Positions 26,622 to 36,733 of a stretch of 63,841 bases of DNA are shown piece by piece. The first letter of the stretch is position 1; every line of letters starts with the position of its first letter. The translations under genes and the position numbers were made by a program. The DNA is from Thermoanaerobaculia bacterium (lineage in GTDB: Bacteria > Acidobacteriota > Thermoanaerobaculia > Multivoradales > UBA5704). The notes beneath the pieces were generated by a model. It did not search any database. It was not told the origin of the DNA and was given only the letters and a program-made list of their open reading frames with translations. Where the stretch lies: positions 1 through 63,841 of the forward strand of contig JBBRUC010000005.1 in the NCBI GenBank assembly GCA_038248205.1, written 5' to 3'.

Positions 26622-28370
26622 ATGCGACTCTTCTCTCGGCCTGCCCTCTCGATCGGAGCCGCGGTCTTTTACCTCGGCTTTTGGTCCGCCCCTGCTCCCG
26701 CTCAAGATCCGGAGCCTGAGCCGGCCCCCGTCACCTCGCTGCTCACCTGCGGCGGAACGGGAACCTGCCGCGATGTCAACCCGAACGACTGCTTCATCGC
26801 CCAGTGCGTCGAGGGGCGCTGCGAACTCGACTACCCGTCGCCGACCGCTTCGCGATGCACCGTTCCCGGCAATCCCTGCTCGCTCGGCCGGTGCGTCCCC
26901 TATACCGGAGTATGCGCGCCGCAGGAGCCGCTGGCCGACGGCACCTCCTGCCCAGACCTCGACGGCAACGCCTGCACCAAGGCTAGCTGCCGGGCGGGAA
27001 GCTGCTCCCAAACCGGCACCGTCTCCGCCGACGGCACCCCTTGTCCCGATACCGACGGCAGCGTCTGCACGGTCGCCCGTTGCCAGTCGGGAAGCTGCAA
27101 TCAGGGCGGCATCTTTCCCGAAGTGCCCTCGATGCAGGATCTAACCAAGGTGGAAGTTAAGGCCCGCGAGGTTCGCGTCACCGAAAGCGAGACCTATACC
27201 AACTGCTGTGCGCTCTGCGCAAGGCAATGGCTGGAAGCTCTTCGCCCGACGCCGCTCGGACCCGAACGCCAGGAGCCGGACGGCGGCCTGCCGCAACGCA
27301 CGACCTATTGCGGCACGGTGGTTCGCTACGGCGTCAACGACGAGAACGCCGATCCGCGCGACATCATGCTCAACATCGAGCCGAGCCCGGGATTCGAGCA
27401 CTTCGTCAAGGGGTTTCTCAACACGGAATGTACCGGCCTCACATTCGACGAGAAACGGCAGTTTGAAAAGACCGACGCGCAGTGTCCCGTGAGTTCGTGC
27501 CTCGCGGCGAGCGAGGTTCCCAGCCGGACCGGCCGCTGCGTCCACGTCGAAGTCACTCCGGCAAATCAATTTTATGGCAAGGATTCGCGCTTCCTGCCGA
27601 TCGACAACGGCGGCGATTGTGGCGACGGCTGGGGTTGCAAATCGGCCCTCGAACCGGCGGGCCAGTGGAGCGGCTCTCCCCCGGCGGGCGGCCAGCCGGG
27701 CCAGAGCGGCCGGCAGGTTTGTGTTTCCGGCGTCTACGCTGTGGACCATGGCAGCGGCCATCGCGCGAGCAGCCATCGCGAGCTCTGCTGCTCGCGCGAC
27801 GCGAGCCACGACCGGCCGGAGATCCACCCGATGGACGCGATCTGGTTCCGTCAGCCGAACGGCGGCCTGGGATGGGTTTTCGGCGTCTTCCAAGACGACT
27901 CGAACCGCTACAGCTATCCGCACTGTTCGGATTACCACAACGGCAACCGCTGGTCGGAGGCGCCGCGCGACATGACGTTCCGCTTCCCTTTCCGGCTCCC
28001 CCGTTCGCCCATCCCGTGGAAAGCCTGCGTGCGGCACAACCGCAAAGGCCAGGGCGCCGGTCCGGAGATCCAGCCGGTCAACGTCACCACCTCCTCAATG
28101 CCGCAGCCGCTGGCGGAAGTCAAGACGCTTCTGGATTCAACCACCGGCGCCGCGGTGCTCGAAGTGGTCGAGGCACCGGGAGCCGAAGGCGAAACCCAGG
28201 TGCGCCTCGAGGGGTGCGTCACCGGCGACCAGATCACCGGCTTCCTCACCCTTCGCGTGGCCGTGGGCTGCCCCCGAGGTACGTCCTGCCCCGGGCTCAA
28301 CGACAGCGGAGATCCGGGGTCGGGTTTCTACTACGGCGAGGTGGTCTTTCAGGGATCCTGCACGGATTGA
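26622..28370 (+). CDS. secreted cysteine-rich protein, unknown function
   Basis: A signal peptide (FYLGFWSAPAPAQ) is followed by repeated DG(T)xCxDxDGxxCTxAxCxxGSC units. The C-terminal 400 aa match no family I recognise. Confidence 0.55.
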   Translation: MRLFSRPALSIGAAVFYLGFWSAPAPAQDPEPEPAPVTSLLTCGGTGTCRDVNPNDCFIAQCVEGRCELDYPSPTASRCTVPGNPCSLGRCVPYTGVCAPQEPLADGTSCPDLDGNACTKASCRAGSCSQTGTVSADGTPCPDTDGSVCTVARCQSGSCNQGGIFPEVPSMQDLTKVEVKAREVRVTESETYTNCCALCARQWLEALRPTPLGPERQEPDGGLPQRTTYCGTVVRYGVNDENADPRDIMLNIEPSPGFEHFVKGFLNTECTGLTFDEKRQFEKTDAQCPVSSCLAASEVPSRTGRCVHVEVTPANQFYGKDSRFLPIDNGGDCGDGWGCKSALEPAGQWSGSPPAGGQPGQSGRQVCVSGVYAVDHGSGHRASSHRELCCSRDASHDRPEIHPMDAIWFRQPNGGLGWVFGVFQDDSNRYSYPHCSDYHNGNRWSEAPRDMTFRFPFRLPRSPIPWKACVRHNRKGQGAGPEIQPVNVTTSSMPQPLAEVKTLLDSTTGAAVLEVVEAPGAEGETQVRLEGCVTGDQITGFLTLRVAVGCPRGTSCPGLNDSGDPGSGFYYGEVVFQGSCTD

Positions 28371-28506
28371 AGGAGGTGCGTCCCGCGACGGCAGGCTCGA
28401 GGTTTGTCACGTTCGGCGAATTCGGCGCACCTCTGAAGGTGAAATCTCTGTTCGCCCTATCCGAGGCTCCTGCAATCGAGCGGGAATCTTTCGTCAAGGA
28501 GGCCTC

Positions 28507-29616
28507 ATGCGAAAGCTAGGTCTGTGGAGCATGGTTTTGGCTTGTCTGATCGTCGTTGCGGGAGCCCCGGCAAGCGCCGCGCCCACCGGGTCGCTCGTGC
28601 CCCAATTGTCGATGGAGCAGAGGTCGTTCACGACGGCCGATGGCGTGAACGTCCGCTTTTCTCTCACCAACCAGGGCGCGGACGAGCTTCTCGTCCTCCG
28701 CTGGAAGACCCCTCTCGCCGGTTTCGAGGGCGACCTGTTCGTCGTCGAGCGCGATGGCCAGCCGGTGCCGTATACCGGCCGCCTGGTCAAGCGGGCGGCA
28801 CCGCGGGCGGCCGACTATGTCCGCATTCCGGCGGGCGAGAGCGTGTCGGCAACCTTCGATCTGTCCTCGGTCTACGACATGCGGAAGCCCGGCAACTACA
28901 CCGTGCGCTACGAGGCGGCCGGCATCGATTTCGTCCATGAGGACTACAAGAAGGGCCTCACCGCCGTCGGCACGTTCGACGTCTTGGAGTCCCAGACCCT
29001 CGATCTCACCCTCTCCGGCAAAGATTTGAGCGGCGACGAGCGGGAGGCCGATCTGCCCACGGCGCGCCCGATCGGCGGCAAGGCGCTCACCCCGACCTAC
29101 CTCAACTGCTCGAACAGTAACATCTCCTCGATCGGCAACACGCTCACCAACGCCCAGAATTACGCGACCGAGTCGTACAACTTCCTGGTCAACCTGCCCT
29201 CCGGCTCGCGCTCGACCGACGTGCGCTTCAAGACCTGGTTCGGGGCCTACAACAGCTCGCGGTACGCGACGGTCCAGGCGCACTACAACAGCATCAAGAA
29301 CGCCTTCTCCGGCCAGACCTTCCAGCTCGACTGCGACTGCGCTTCGGACAACTCGCTCTACGCGTTCGTCTACACCAACCAGCCCTATCACGTGCACCTC
29401 TGCGGCGCCTTCTTCGCCGCCCCGGCGACCGGCACCGATTCGAAGGCCGGCACCCTGGTCCACGAGACGAGCCACTTCACCGTCGTCGCCGGCACCAACG
29501 ACTACGCCTACGGTCAGACCGCCTGCAAGAAGCTCGCGACCAAGACCCCCAAAAAGGCGATCGCCAACGCCGACAGCCACGAGTACTTCGCCGAGAACAC
29601 GCCGTTCCTGAACTAA
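28507..29616 (+). CDS. secreted M35-family aspzincin metalloendopeptidase (peptidyl-Lys endopeptidase-like) with propeptide
   Basis: A signal peptide is present. HExxH is found in TLVHETSHF and the aspzincin GTxDxxYG in AGTNDYAYGQ. Confidence 0.8.
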   Translation: MRKLGLWSMVLACLIVVAGAPASAAPTGSLVPQLSMEQRSFTTADGVNVRFSLTNQGADELLVLRWKTPLAGFEGDLFVVERDGQPVPYTGRLVKRAAPRAADYVRIPAGESVSATFDLSSVYDMRKPGNYTVRYEAAGIDFVHEDYKKGLTAVGTFDVLESQTLDLTLSGKDLSGDEREADLPTARPIGGKALTPTYLNCSNSNISSIGNTLTNAQNYATESYNFLVNLPSGSRSTDVRFKTWFGAYNSSRYATVQAHYNSIKNAFSGQTFQLDCDCASDNSLYAFVYTNQPYHVHLCGAFFAAPATGTDSKAGTLVHETSHFTVVAGTNDYAYGQTACKKLATKTPKKAIANADSHEYFAENTPFLN

Positions 29617-29625
29617 CGCTCTGAA

Positions 29626-29653
29626 GGGCGGGGCGGCTTCGACCGCCTCGCCC
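29626..29653 (+). terminator. GC-rich hairpin downstream of the M35 gene (no T-tract)
   Basis: GGGCGGGGCGG-cttcga-CCGCCTCGCCC forms an 11-bp stem with one mismatch, 10 nt after the stop codon. Confidence 0.3.
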
Positions 29654-29710
29654 TCTCGACAGGCGAACCTCCAAATCGATAGGGTTGGTGCTTCCCGGTT
29701 CAAGGTCGAA

Positions 29711-31087
29711 TTGAGATCTCTCGCCGCCCGCTCCCAGCCCCCAACGTCCGCCGAGGCTGCCGCGTTTCGGGCGGACACGCCTGCGCAGAGTCCCGGCCGC
29801 ATCGACAGCGACTCTCTGGCCCGCGCCGAACGGTTCGGTCATCGTCTCGAGGCACTGGCGCCGCTCGGCCCCGCTTCGGTGACCGCGCCGATCCAGCGTG
29901 TCCGCTGGCGCTGGAACGCCACATCCAGCAGCTGGTCGGTCGTCGGCTCTTCCAGTTCGACTTCCGTTCCGCCCAGCCACCGCGGCGGCTCCGATGGAGA
30001 GGAGTACGACGACACGTATAGCCAGAGCAGGGATGAGACGGTGCGGCCTTTCCTCTCAGGCGGCCGGGGCTTCATGGGCGAATCCGGTGCGTTGCTCCAA
30101 TCCAAAAGCAAGATTCCTACCTCTCGGGACATCCGGGAAGACGCGGTGAAGACGTCGGACCTGCGGGGCGGCTCCGGCTTGCATGAGCTGTTGCCGACCA
30201 ACATGGGACCGGAGGTCTCCAAAAGCGGCAACCCGATCGCGATCGGCCTGCAAAGCGGCGCACGAACTTCGACCGCTCATCAGATGTTTCGGATCGACGG
30301 CGGCGACGTCGGCGGCCATACCGGATTCGCCCCGAAGCCGACGGGGGGACCGGGCAGCACCCACACGCGGGGCCAGGCGCCGGCGCACGATCGAATGCGC
30401 AAGCGGGCGCGAACTTCGGTCTTTAAAGAGACCGAGCCCGATACGGCGATCAACGAGCTCATGCGCGAGCACCTGGACGTGACGCCGACCGGCCAGGACA
30501 TCCTGAACAGCTCGTATCTGGAGGGAATGCAACCGAACGTCAGCTCGATCGGCACGATCGGCAAGGTGGGTCAGAAAGACCCCGCCCGTATCCGCCTCGC
30601 CCAGTTCGGACATAGCGAGCGCGAGCAGGTGAAAAAGCGGACCCTTTCCCACAAGCGCAAACGAGGCTACGGCCGGTCACCCAGCCCCGATCGAACACCG
30701 ATTGACGACGACGGCAACGGCGGAGACTACTTGGTCGGGCCTCCCCTTCCCCCTCCACCGATCCCTACGTTCGAAGGGACACCAGGCTCTTGGCAACACG
30801 TGGCCAACACCGCGAGCTGGCTGACGGCGCCGCAACGTCAAGGATTCCAACCCTACGGGTCGTCGCTACCCCTTCTGCAGCCGTCCTCCACACCACTTTC
30901 GAACCCGACCCCGACGCTCTCGACACCCACGCCGCTCTTCTCCCCGACTCCCATTCCCCAATTCTCCAATCCATTCTCGCCCTCCCCTTCGCCGTCCCCT
31001 TTCGTCTTCTCGCCCCCCCAACCGATCCCGCCGACCTCGACACCGCTCCGGCGCTCTCAGCGTAAGCGAACGCCAAGGAAGTTTTGA
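29711..31087 (+). CDS. hypothetical protein with Pro/Ser/Thr-rich tail and basic clusters
   Basis: This is a long ORF with an uncertain start and no signal peptide or known motif. Basic clusters are KKRTLSHKRKRG and RRSQRKRTPRKF. The low-complexity tail reads STPLSNPTPTLSTPTPLFSPTPIPQFSNPFSPSPSPSP. Confidence 0.35.
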   Translation: MRSLAARSQPPTSAEAAAFRADTPAQSPGRIDSDSLARAERFGHRLEALAPLGPASVTAPIQRVRWRWNATSSSWSVVGSSSSTSVPPSHRGGSDGEEYDDTYSQSRDETVRPFLSGGRGFMGESGALLQSKSKIPTSRDIREDAVKTSDLRGGSGLHELLPTNMGPEVSKSGNPIAIGLQSGARTSTAHQMFRIDGGDVGGHTGFAPKPTGGPGSTHTRGQAPAHDRMRKRARTSVFKETEPDTAINELMREHLDVTPTGQDILNSSYLEGMQPNVSSIGTIGKVGQKDPARIRLAQFGHSEREQVKKRTLSHKRKRGYGRSPSPDRTPIDDDGNGGDYLVGPPLPPPPIPTFEGTPGSWQHVANTASWLTAPQRQGFQPYGSSLPLLQPSSTPLSNPTPTLSTPTPLFSPTPIPQFSNPFSPSPSPSPFVFSPPQPIPPTSTPLRRSQRKRTPRKF

Positions 31088-31150
31088 GTAAGGCGGGTAG
31101 ATAGCGGCAGGTGCAGGTCTTGCCGCCCTCGGTGTTATCGTCACCGGCCC

Positions 31151-31540
31151 ATGAATACCAAAGCTCTCCTGCTCGCCGCCGCCGCCCTGCTCGGGCTCGA
31201 CGCCGTCGCCTGTCTGTTTGCACCGGTTGAAATTCTCAATGCGCTTGGGCTTTCTCAGCCGGCCGAAGCGGCCGTCCTGGTCCAGCTCCTGGGCGCGGCG
31301 CTGCTCGGCTTCGCCATGCTCAACTGGGCCTCCCACGGCCAGACGATCGGCGGCATCTACGGCCGGCCGCTCGTCTTCGCGAACCTCGCCTTCTTCGGAA
31401 TCGCCGCGATCTCTCTGATCAAAGCCGCGAGCGCGAGCCTCAACCATCGCCCCTTGCTCGGAATCACAGCGGTGGTTTGCGCCCTCTTTGCCGTGGCCTT
31501 CTGGGTTGTCTCTTCTCGACCGGCGATGGCGCGGGGGTAG
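31151..31540 (+). CDS. small 4-TM membrane protein
   Basis: A 129-aa ORF with four hydrophobic helices and an ATG start. No family was recognised. Confidence 0.5.
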   Translation: MNTKALLLAAAALLGLDAVACLFAPVEILNALGLSQPAEAAVLVQLLGAALLGFAMLNWASHGQTIGGIYGRPLVFANLAFFGIAAISLIKAASASLNHRPLLGITAVVCALFAVAFWVVSSRPAMARG

Positions 31541-31550
31541 AACAGCCTCA

Positions 31551-32120
31551 TCAGCTTGCGATGGAGGCTCCTCGCCGTTTGAAGGCGGATCGAAGCCCGG
31601 CGATCAGAAGGAAGAACCCCACCGCCGGAAGCCCGATCCAGACCAGTTCACTTTCGAGCACTGCGAGCCCCCGGCCCGTGAAGAAACCCGCGCCGATCGG
31701 CGAGACCTGGATCGGCGTCCAGGGGAAGAAGATCCGCTGGGGATCAAACGGCGAGAGCAGCGCTACACCGCGGCCGCCGTTGGTCATGGCATCGAGCAGG
31801 CCATGCGAAGCGGTCGCCGCGAAAAGGAAAAGCCAGAGTACCGGCATGGCCTTCTTCCCAGGCTCGGCCGGTTCCTTTCGGCGGAAGGCGGTCCATAGCG
31901 CGACCAAGGCAATCACGGCAGCGATCAGCAGCGAATGCGACAGGCCCCGATGCCCGAGCAAATCTCCATAACGCACACCGAACCGAAAACCGATGACGTC
32001 GAGATCGGGCACCATCGCGCAGAACGCTCCGACGGCCATCACCCGTCGCCGCAGCGTCGGCACCGGAAATGCCGATCCGAGCGCGGCGGCGGCGATGGCG
32101 TGCGAAAGGATGGTAGGCAC
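31551..32120 (-). CDS. YdjM/DUF457-family membrane-bound metal-dependent hydrolase
   Basis: MPTILSHAIAAAALG and LGHRGLSHSLL are the His-rich motifs of the YdjM family. The protein has multiple TM helices. Confidence 0.7.
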   Translation of the reverse strand: MPTILSHAIAAAALGSAFPVPTLRRRVMAVGAFCAMVPDLDVIGFRFGVRYGDLLGHRGLSHSLLIAAVIALVALWTAFRRKEPAEPGKKAMPVLWLFLFAATASHGLLDAMTNGGRGVALLSPFDPQRIFFPWTPIQVSPIGAGFFTGRGLAVLESELVWIGLPAVGFFLLIAGLRSAFKRRGASIAS

Positions 32121-32296
32121 AAATAGTTACTCCGAAGGAAGATCGCCGAAGCATAGTAAGGAAAGCCCGCGGTCATTGCACCGGCACCCCCACCGACCCG
32201 ATTCCCGGCCCTTCGTCGCGTCTTGAAGTAAGACTCCCTCCGGATCGGTGCGGCCCAGATGTGTAGCCGGTTCTCGCTTCCGCCGAGGTCTAAACC

Positions 32297-32971
32297 ATGC
32301 CGAGCCGCCGCCCCTTCCCCTACCGTTCTCAAGCCTGCGTGCTCCTGTTGGCGGCGAGTTGTGGGTCGCTCCCTCCGGCAGATAAAGCAGGTCCGAGCGG
32401 GCCACCGCTAAAGGCCAACGCTCTCGCGGCCGGCAGCGAGACCTGGCGGTCCGGCGACCTGATCTTTCGACGGGGGGAGGGGATCGCGAGCCAGGCGGTG
32501 CTCGCCGCCGACCCGCGCTCGCCGTTTTCGCATGTCGGCCTGTTCGTCCGCTCGCCGCAAGGCGCGTTCGTGGTCAGCGCTCTTCCCGCCGAGGGCTCGG
32601 CGACCGGCAGCGTGCGGAGCGATCCCCTGGCACGCTTCCTGGCCCCGGAAAGCGCCACGGCGATCGCCGTCTACCGTCTGCGCGGCGAGCCCGAACGCGC
32701 ACGCCGGGCCGCGGAGGTCGCCCTCGGCTGGGCGACGAGGCGCCTTCCTTTCGACGACCGCTTCGACCTTGAAACCCCCGACCGCGTCTATTGCACCGAG
32801 CTCGTCCGCAACGCCTACCGCGCCGCCGGCCTCGACCTGGTCGACGGACGCCTCGACCGGCTCGACCTGCCACTGCGCAGCGGCCTTTACCTGCTCCCGA
32901 GCCGGCTTCAAGCGAGCCGGCACTTGGAACTCATCCAAACGAACGACCCTGGAGACACCGATACGCCATGA
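32297..32971 (+). CDS. YiiX-like permuted papain/NlpC-P60 family hydrolase (lipoprotein-like)
   Basis: GDLIFRRGEGIASQAV...FSHVGLF and YCTELVRNAY match the YiiX family permuted catalytic motifs. Confidence 0.7.
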   Translation: MPSRRPFPYRSQACVLLLAASCGSLPPADKAGPSGPPLKANALAAGSETWRSGDLIFRRGEGIASQAVLAADPRSPFSHVGLFVRSPQGAFVVSALPAEGSATGSVRSDPLARFLAPESATAIAVYRLRGEPERARRAAEVALGWATRRLPFDDRFDLETPDRVYCTELVRNAYRAAGLDLVDGRLDRLDLPLRSGLYLLPSRLQASRHLELIQTNDPGDTDTP

Positions 32972-33351
32972 TCGCACGCACACAGCTCTCTTTCGCCTGC
33001 TCCCTTCTGGCCGTCGCCTTTCTCACCGCCTGCAGTCCCGGGCCGGAGAAGACGGTCGAGCGCTTCTACCACGCCGTCGAAGCCGGTGACATCAAGGCCG
33101 CGGCGGGGGTGATCTCGAAAACCCTCGTCGGCATGATCGGCCAGCCGAAGATGGAAGCAGGGCTGCAACAGCAGAGTCTGCAGATCAAAGCCAAAGGAGG
33201 GATCGCAAAGCTCGAAGTCAAGCGCACCACCGAGGTAAAGGATCTCGTCGACGTCCACACCACGATCGAATACGGTGACCATTCGAAGGAGGAGGAAGAT
33301 CTCCGCCTGGTCCGCGAGGACGGCGACTGGAAGATCGCTCCGAAAAAGTGA
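32968..33351 (+). CDS. DUF4878-like small lipoprotein
   Basis: The ATG overlaps the upstream stop (ATGA 32968-32971). A lipobox is present (FLTACSP), and VERFYHAVEAGD...DGDWKI is typical of NTF2-like DUF4878 proteins. Confidence 0.55.
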   Translation: MIARTQLSFACSLLAVAFLTACSPGPEKTVERFYHAVEAGDIKAAAGVISKTLVGMIGQPKMEAGLQQQSLQIKAKGGIAKLEVKRTTEVKDLVDVHTTIEYGDHSKEEEDLRLVREDGDWKIAPKK

Positions 33352-33417
33352 ACCGCCGGTTCGCTCAATCCGGCAGATCCGCCAAGAAGGCCGCGACCGC
33401 CGCGATCCCCTCTTGCC

Positions 33418-34410
33418 TCAAAACAACTTCTGCTGCTCCGGTACCCCCTGCACGGCGGGAGCTTTCGCTTCCAGCGCTTCGAGCAGCGCCCCCGGCGTCA
33501 CCGGGTCGGGCCAGGGGAGCGCGCCCTTCTTCCCGAGCGCTTCGAGACCGGGGCCGATTTCTCCGCTCGCGCGGACGTAGACGGGGACAAAGCGATGCTT
33601 CTCTAGCTGCTCGGTGGCCCCTGCCCAGGTGCCTCCTTTTTCCAGATCCGAGCTGACGACGAGCGCGGCATCGGCCAGGGCGTAGATCAGCTTGTTGCGC
33701 TGCATCGCGTGGCCGACGTTCCATCCCGCGCTCGGATCGTAGGGCGAGAGGAGCACGAGTCGTTTTTCCATCAGAAGGCTGCGGTGCTCGCGGTTCGTCA
33801 CCGTCCGTTCCAGGCTGTCGGCAAGCACCCCCACCGCGCGACCTTCGGCTTCCAAAGCGCCGCGCATCGCCGCCTGATCGATGCCGCGCGCTCCGCCCGA
33901 AACGAGGGTGACCCCGGCGCTTGCGGCGAGCCGGCCGACCCCTTCGGTGATCTCGACCAGCTCTTCGGACACGTTCCGCGAGCCGACGACCGCGAGGCCT
34001 CCCCTGTCCAGCATCGCGGCGTCGCCGCAACCGTAGAGCACCGCCGGGGCGTCCTCTTTGAGCCGCGACTTGATCCGCTGCGGATATTCGGCGTCGGCGC
34101 GGCTCACCACCCAGATCGCCCGTGCCTGCCAGCGCTCCAGCGCCTGGCTCAGCAGAAACCCGCGCGCCAACAGCCGTTCCAGCCGATCGCTTTCGATCAC
34201 GTCCCGGCACTCTTCGATCACCTCAGCGGCGGTCGGCGAAAGCAGGTCGGCCGGCTGGTGCTCCCGCTCACGCAAGTGGCGGGCCAGGCGGCCGTACTCT
34301 CTCGGCGCCAGGAGATCGGCGGACGGTGTCTTGCCCCCAGCGATCAACGGCGCGGTCAGCAGCAGGATGGCTTGGGTGTTGGCGGAAAGGGCGCTGTTCA
34401 TGTCTCCCAT
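33418..34410 (-). CDS. dprA: DprA/Smf-family (SLOG-fold) DNA-processing protein paralog
   Basis: [60 protein letters not shown] is the DprA Rossmann-like core. The start overlaps the recQ-like stop by 13 nt. Confidence 0.75.
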   Translation of the reverse strand: MGDMNSALSANTQAILLLTAPLIAGGKTPSADLLAPREYGRLARHLREREHQPADLLSPTAAEVIEECRDVIESDRLERLLARGFLLSQALERWQARAIWVVSRADAEYPQRIKSRLKEDAPAVLYGCGDAAMLDRGGLAVVGSRNVSEELVEITEGVGRLAASAGVTLVSGGARGIDQAAMRGALEAEGRAVGVLADSLERTVTNREHRSLLMEKRLVLLSPYDPSAGWNVGHAMQRNKLIYALADAALVVSSDLEKGGTWAGATEQLEKHRFVPVYVRASGEIGPGLEALGKKGALPWPDPVTPGALLEALEAKAPAVQGVPEQQKLF

Positions 34411-36476
34411 CCCGTGAAGGCCAGCGCCAGCGGCCGGACCGGGCCGCTGCCGTGCTTGCGCAGTAGCCAGGCGGCGACGGTCACCGTCCAGCGCGAATCG
34501 ATCATGTCATCGACCAGGAGGACCGGGCCGCCGGGAATCTCGACATCGAGCACCGCGAGCGAGCCGTCTACGTTGCGCGCCTGCTGGGCGCTGTTGGCCA
34601 TGGTTTTCTGCTCGGGCCGGTCGTCGGTCCGCTCCAACGTTTCGACGAACGGCAGATCCAACGCCGCCGCGAGGCGCCGCGCCAGATCGGGCACCAGCGT
34701 CGGATGGCGCCGCGACGCGATCGAGGTGAGCCACTCGGGCGCCGGCTCTGGGTTCCACTCGCGGACCAGCTCCACACAGGCAGCGACCAATTCGTCCGAG
34801 AAGCGCCCGTCGCGATATTTCCCTTCCCGCACCAGGCGCCCCCAACCGGCATCGCCCCAGGTGCAGAGCGCCCGGCCCTCTTCGGCTTGTAGCTCGGCGG
34901 CGAGCTTGCCCTTGAGTTTCATCTGCGGCAGACCGCCCGTCGGCCACATCTGGCGCGGCGCGATCGTCAGGTGGGTGCGGCGCAGAAACACTTCGGCCTC
35001 GCGCACCAGCGCCGGCTCGGCCGTGGTCGGGAGGGGAACCAAGGGGGGATCCGCCACCTTGCCCGGTTCGCCGTCGAGCGCGCGGATCAAAAACTCCATG
35101 TGTCCGCGGGAGAGGGCCACGTACTCCCCCATCTGCCGTTGTTCCTCGCGCCGCAACGCGGTCAGCCGGTCGGCCCGCTGCCAAAATGCCGGACTCAAAG
35201 TCGCTACGGTGAGCTGCCACTTCGAACCCTGCTTGACCATCGGCGGCGGCGATTCGAGCGACAGCAGCGCGATCGTTTTCTCCACCCGTCCTTTGCTCAG
35301 GTTCACCTGGGTCAACAGCTCGGGCACCGAGAGCCCCTGCGGCGCCTCCTCCAACGCGCGGAGTACCTGCTCCACCTCCGCCGGCTTGGGGAACGCGCTC
35401 TCGATGAAGTAGTCCGTGATGTCCAGCTCTTCCTCGCCGCTCAGGAGCACGCCGTACGCCGCATCGACCGCACGCCCCGCGCGGCCAACCTGCTGGTAGT
35501 AGGCGACGACCGACCCGGGCATCTGGTAGTGGATCACGAAGGAGAGATCCGGCTTGTCGAAACCCATGCCCAATGCGGTGGTGGCGACCAGCGCCTTCAC
35601 TCGATTTAGGAGCAGCGCCTGTTCCAGCTCGGGGCGCCCCTCGCCGGTTTCGCCCGTGTAGGACTCGACGTTCAATCCGCGCAACTTCAGCCAGTCGGCT
35701 ACCCGGTTCGCATCGCGAATGGTGAGGGTATAGATGATGCCGTGCCCCGGCAGGGCCGGTACCTCTTTGGCCAACCAGGCCAAACGTTCGGCCTGGCTCG
35801 GCAGCACAATCGTCTGCAACGCGAGCGACGGCCGGCTCAAATCGCCCCGAGAAACTTCGAGGCCCGGGCCGAGCACCTCTTCAAGATCGGCCAGCACCCG
35901 GTCGTTGGCGGTCGCGGTGGTCGCGAGCAAACGAAGGTTCTGCGGCAGTGTGCGCGCGATCCGTTCGATCAGCCGGTAGTGCGGCCGGAAGTCGTGCCCC
36001 CAGTCGGAAATGCAATGCGCTTCGTCGATCACCAAGAGGGAAAGGCGCTGCCCGACCTCGGCCAGCACCCGGGTGCGAAACTCCTCGTTCGCCAATCGCT
36101 CGGGCGAGATCAGAAGGATGTCCACCTCGTCCTGCCCGATCGCCTCTTGGACCGCCGGCCACTCGCTCTGGTTGTCAGAATGGATCGTCACCGCCCGCAC
36201 GCCCATCCGCTCCGCGGCTTGGATCTGGTTGCGCATGAGCGACAGCAGCGGCGAGATCAACAGCGCCGGGCCGGCCCCGGCCTCGCGCAGCATCTTGGTC
36301 GCGATGAAGTAGACAAAGCTCTTGCCCCAGCCGGTTTTTTGCACCACCAAGAGCCGCCCACTGCCCGTGACCACATGGCGGATCGCCTCCTCTTGGGCCT
36401 CGCGAAAATGCGCTTCCGGCCGGCCGCACCCGAGGCGCAGAAGCTCCAAGGCGCGCGCAGGTTCGTAGGTCGCCAT
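34398..36476 (-). CDS. RecQ-family DNA helicase fused to a C-terminal ComF-like phosphoribosyltransferase-type domain
   Basis: Helicase motifs are present: QKTGWGKS (I), [16 protein letters not shown] (II, DEAH), TATA (III) and QQVGRAGR (VI). The C-terminus carries a PRPP-loop-like [14 protein letters not shown]. Confidence 0.85.
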   Translation of the reverse strand: MATYEPARALELLRLGCGRPEAHFREAQEEAIRHVVTGSGRLLVVQKTGWGKSFVYFIATKMLREAGAGPALLISPLLSLMRNQIQAAERMGVRAVTIHSDNQSEWPAVQEAIGQDEVDILLISPERLANEEFRTRVLAEVGQRLSLLVIDEAHCISDWGHDFRPHYRLIERIARTLPQNLRLLATTATANDRVLADLEEVLGPGLEVSRGDLSRPSLALQTIVLPSQAERLAWLAKEVPALPGHGIIYTLTIRDANRVADWLKLRGLNVESYTGETGEGRPELEQALLLNRVKALVATTALGMGFDKPDLSFVIHYQMPGSVVAYYQQVGRAGRAVDAAYGVLLSGEEELDITDYFIESAFPKPAEVEQVLRALEEAPQGLSVPELLTQVNLSKGRVEKTIALLSLESPPPMVKQGSKWQLTVATLSPAFWQRADRLTALRREEQRQMGEYVALSRGHMEFLIRALDGEPGKVADPPLVPLPTTAEPALVREAEVFLRRTHLTIAPRQMWPTGGLPQMKLKGKLAAELQAEEGRALCTWGDAGWGRLVREGKYRDGRFSDELVAACVELVREWNPEPAPEWLTSIASRRHPTLVPDLARRLAAALDLPFVETLERTDDRPEQKTMANSAQQARNVDGSLAVLDVEIPGGPVLLVDDMIDSRWTVTVAAWLLRKHGSGPVRPLALAFTGWET

Positions 36477-36733
36477 TCGACGTGGAGTCTACCGCCCTCG
36501 CGTTATGGTCATCGACCCAGGAATATCAAAGCACTCCTGGCTCGGCAACAAATGCCGCCCGCGTGTCGGGCTAACCGGAATTAACCCGCCCTGTCGGAGG
36601 AGATTGCGCGACTGCCAAGGCGAGGGCTTGGGCACCGCCCTTGCAAATTCAGGAGACTAAGCCACGGGGCTTGAAGCGAAAGCGCACCCCTGATAACCTC
36701 TTACCACATCGGAAGATAAGGGAAGGATCACAA

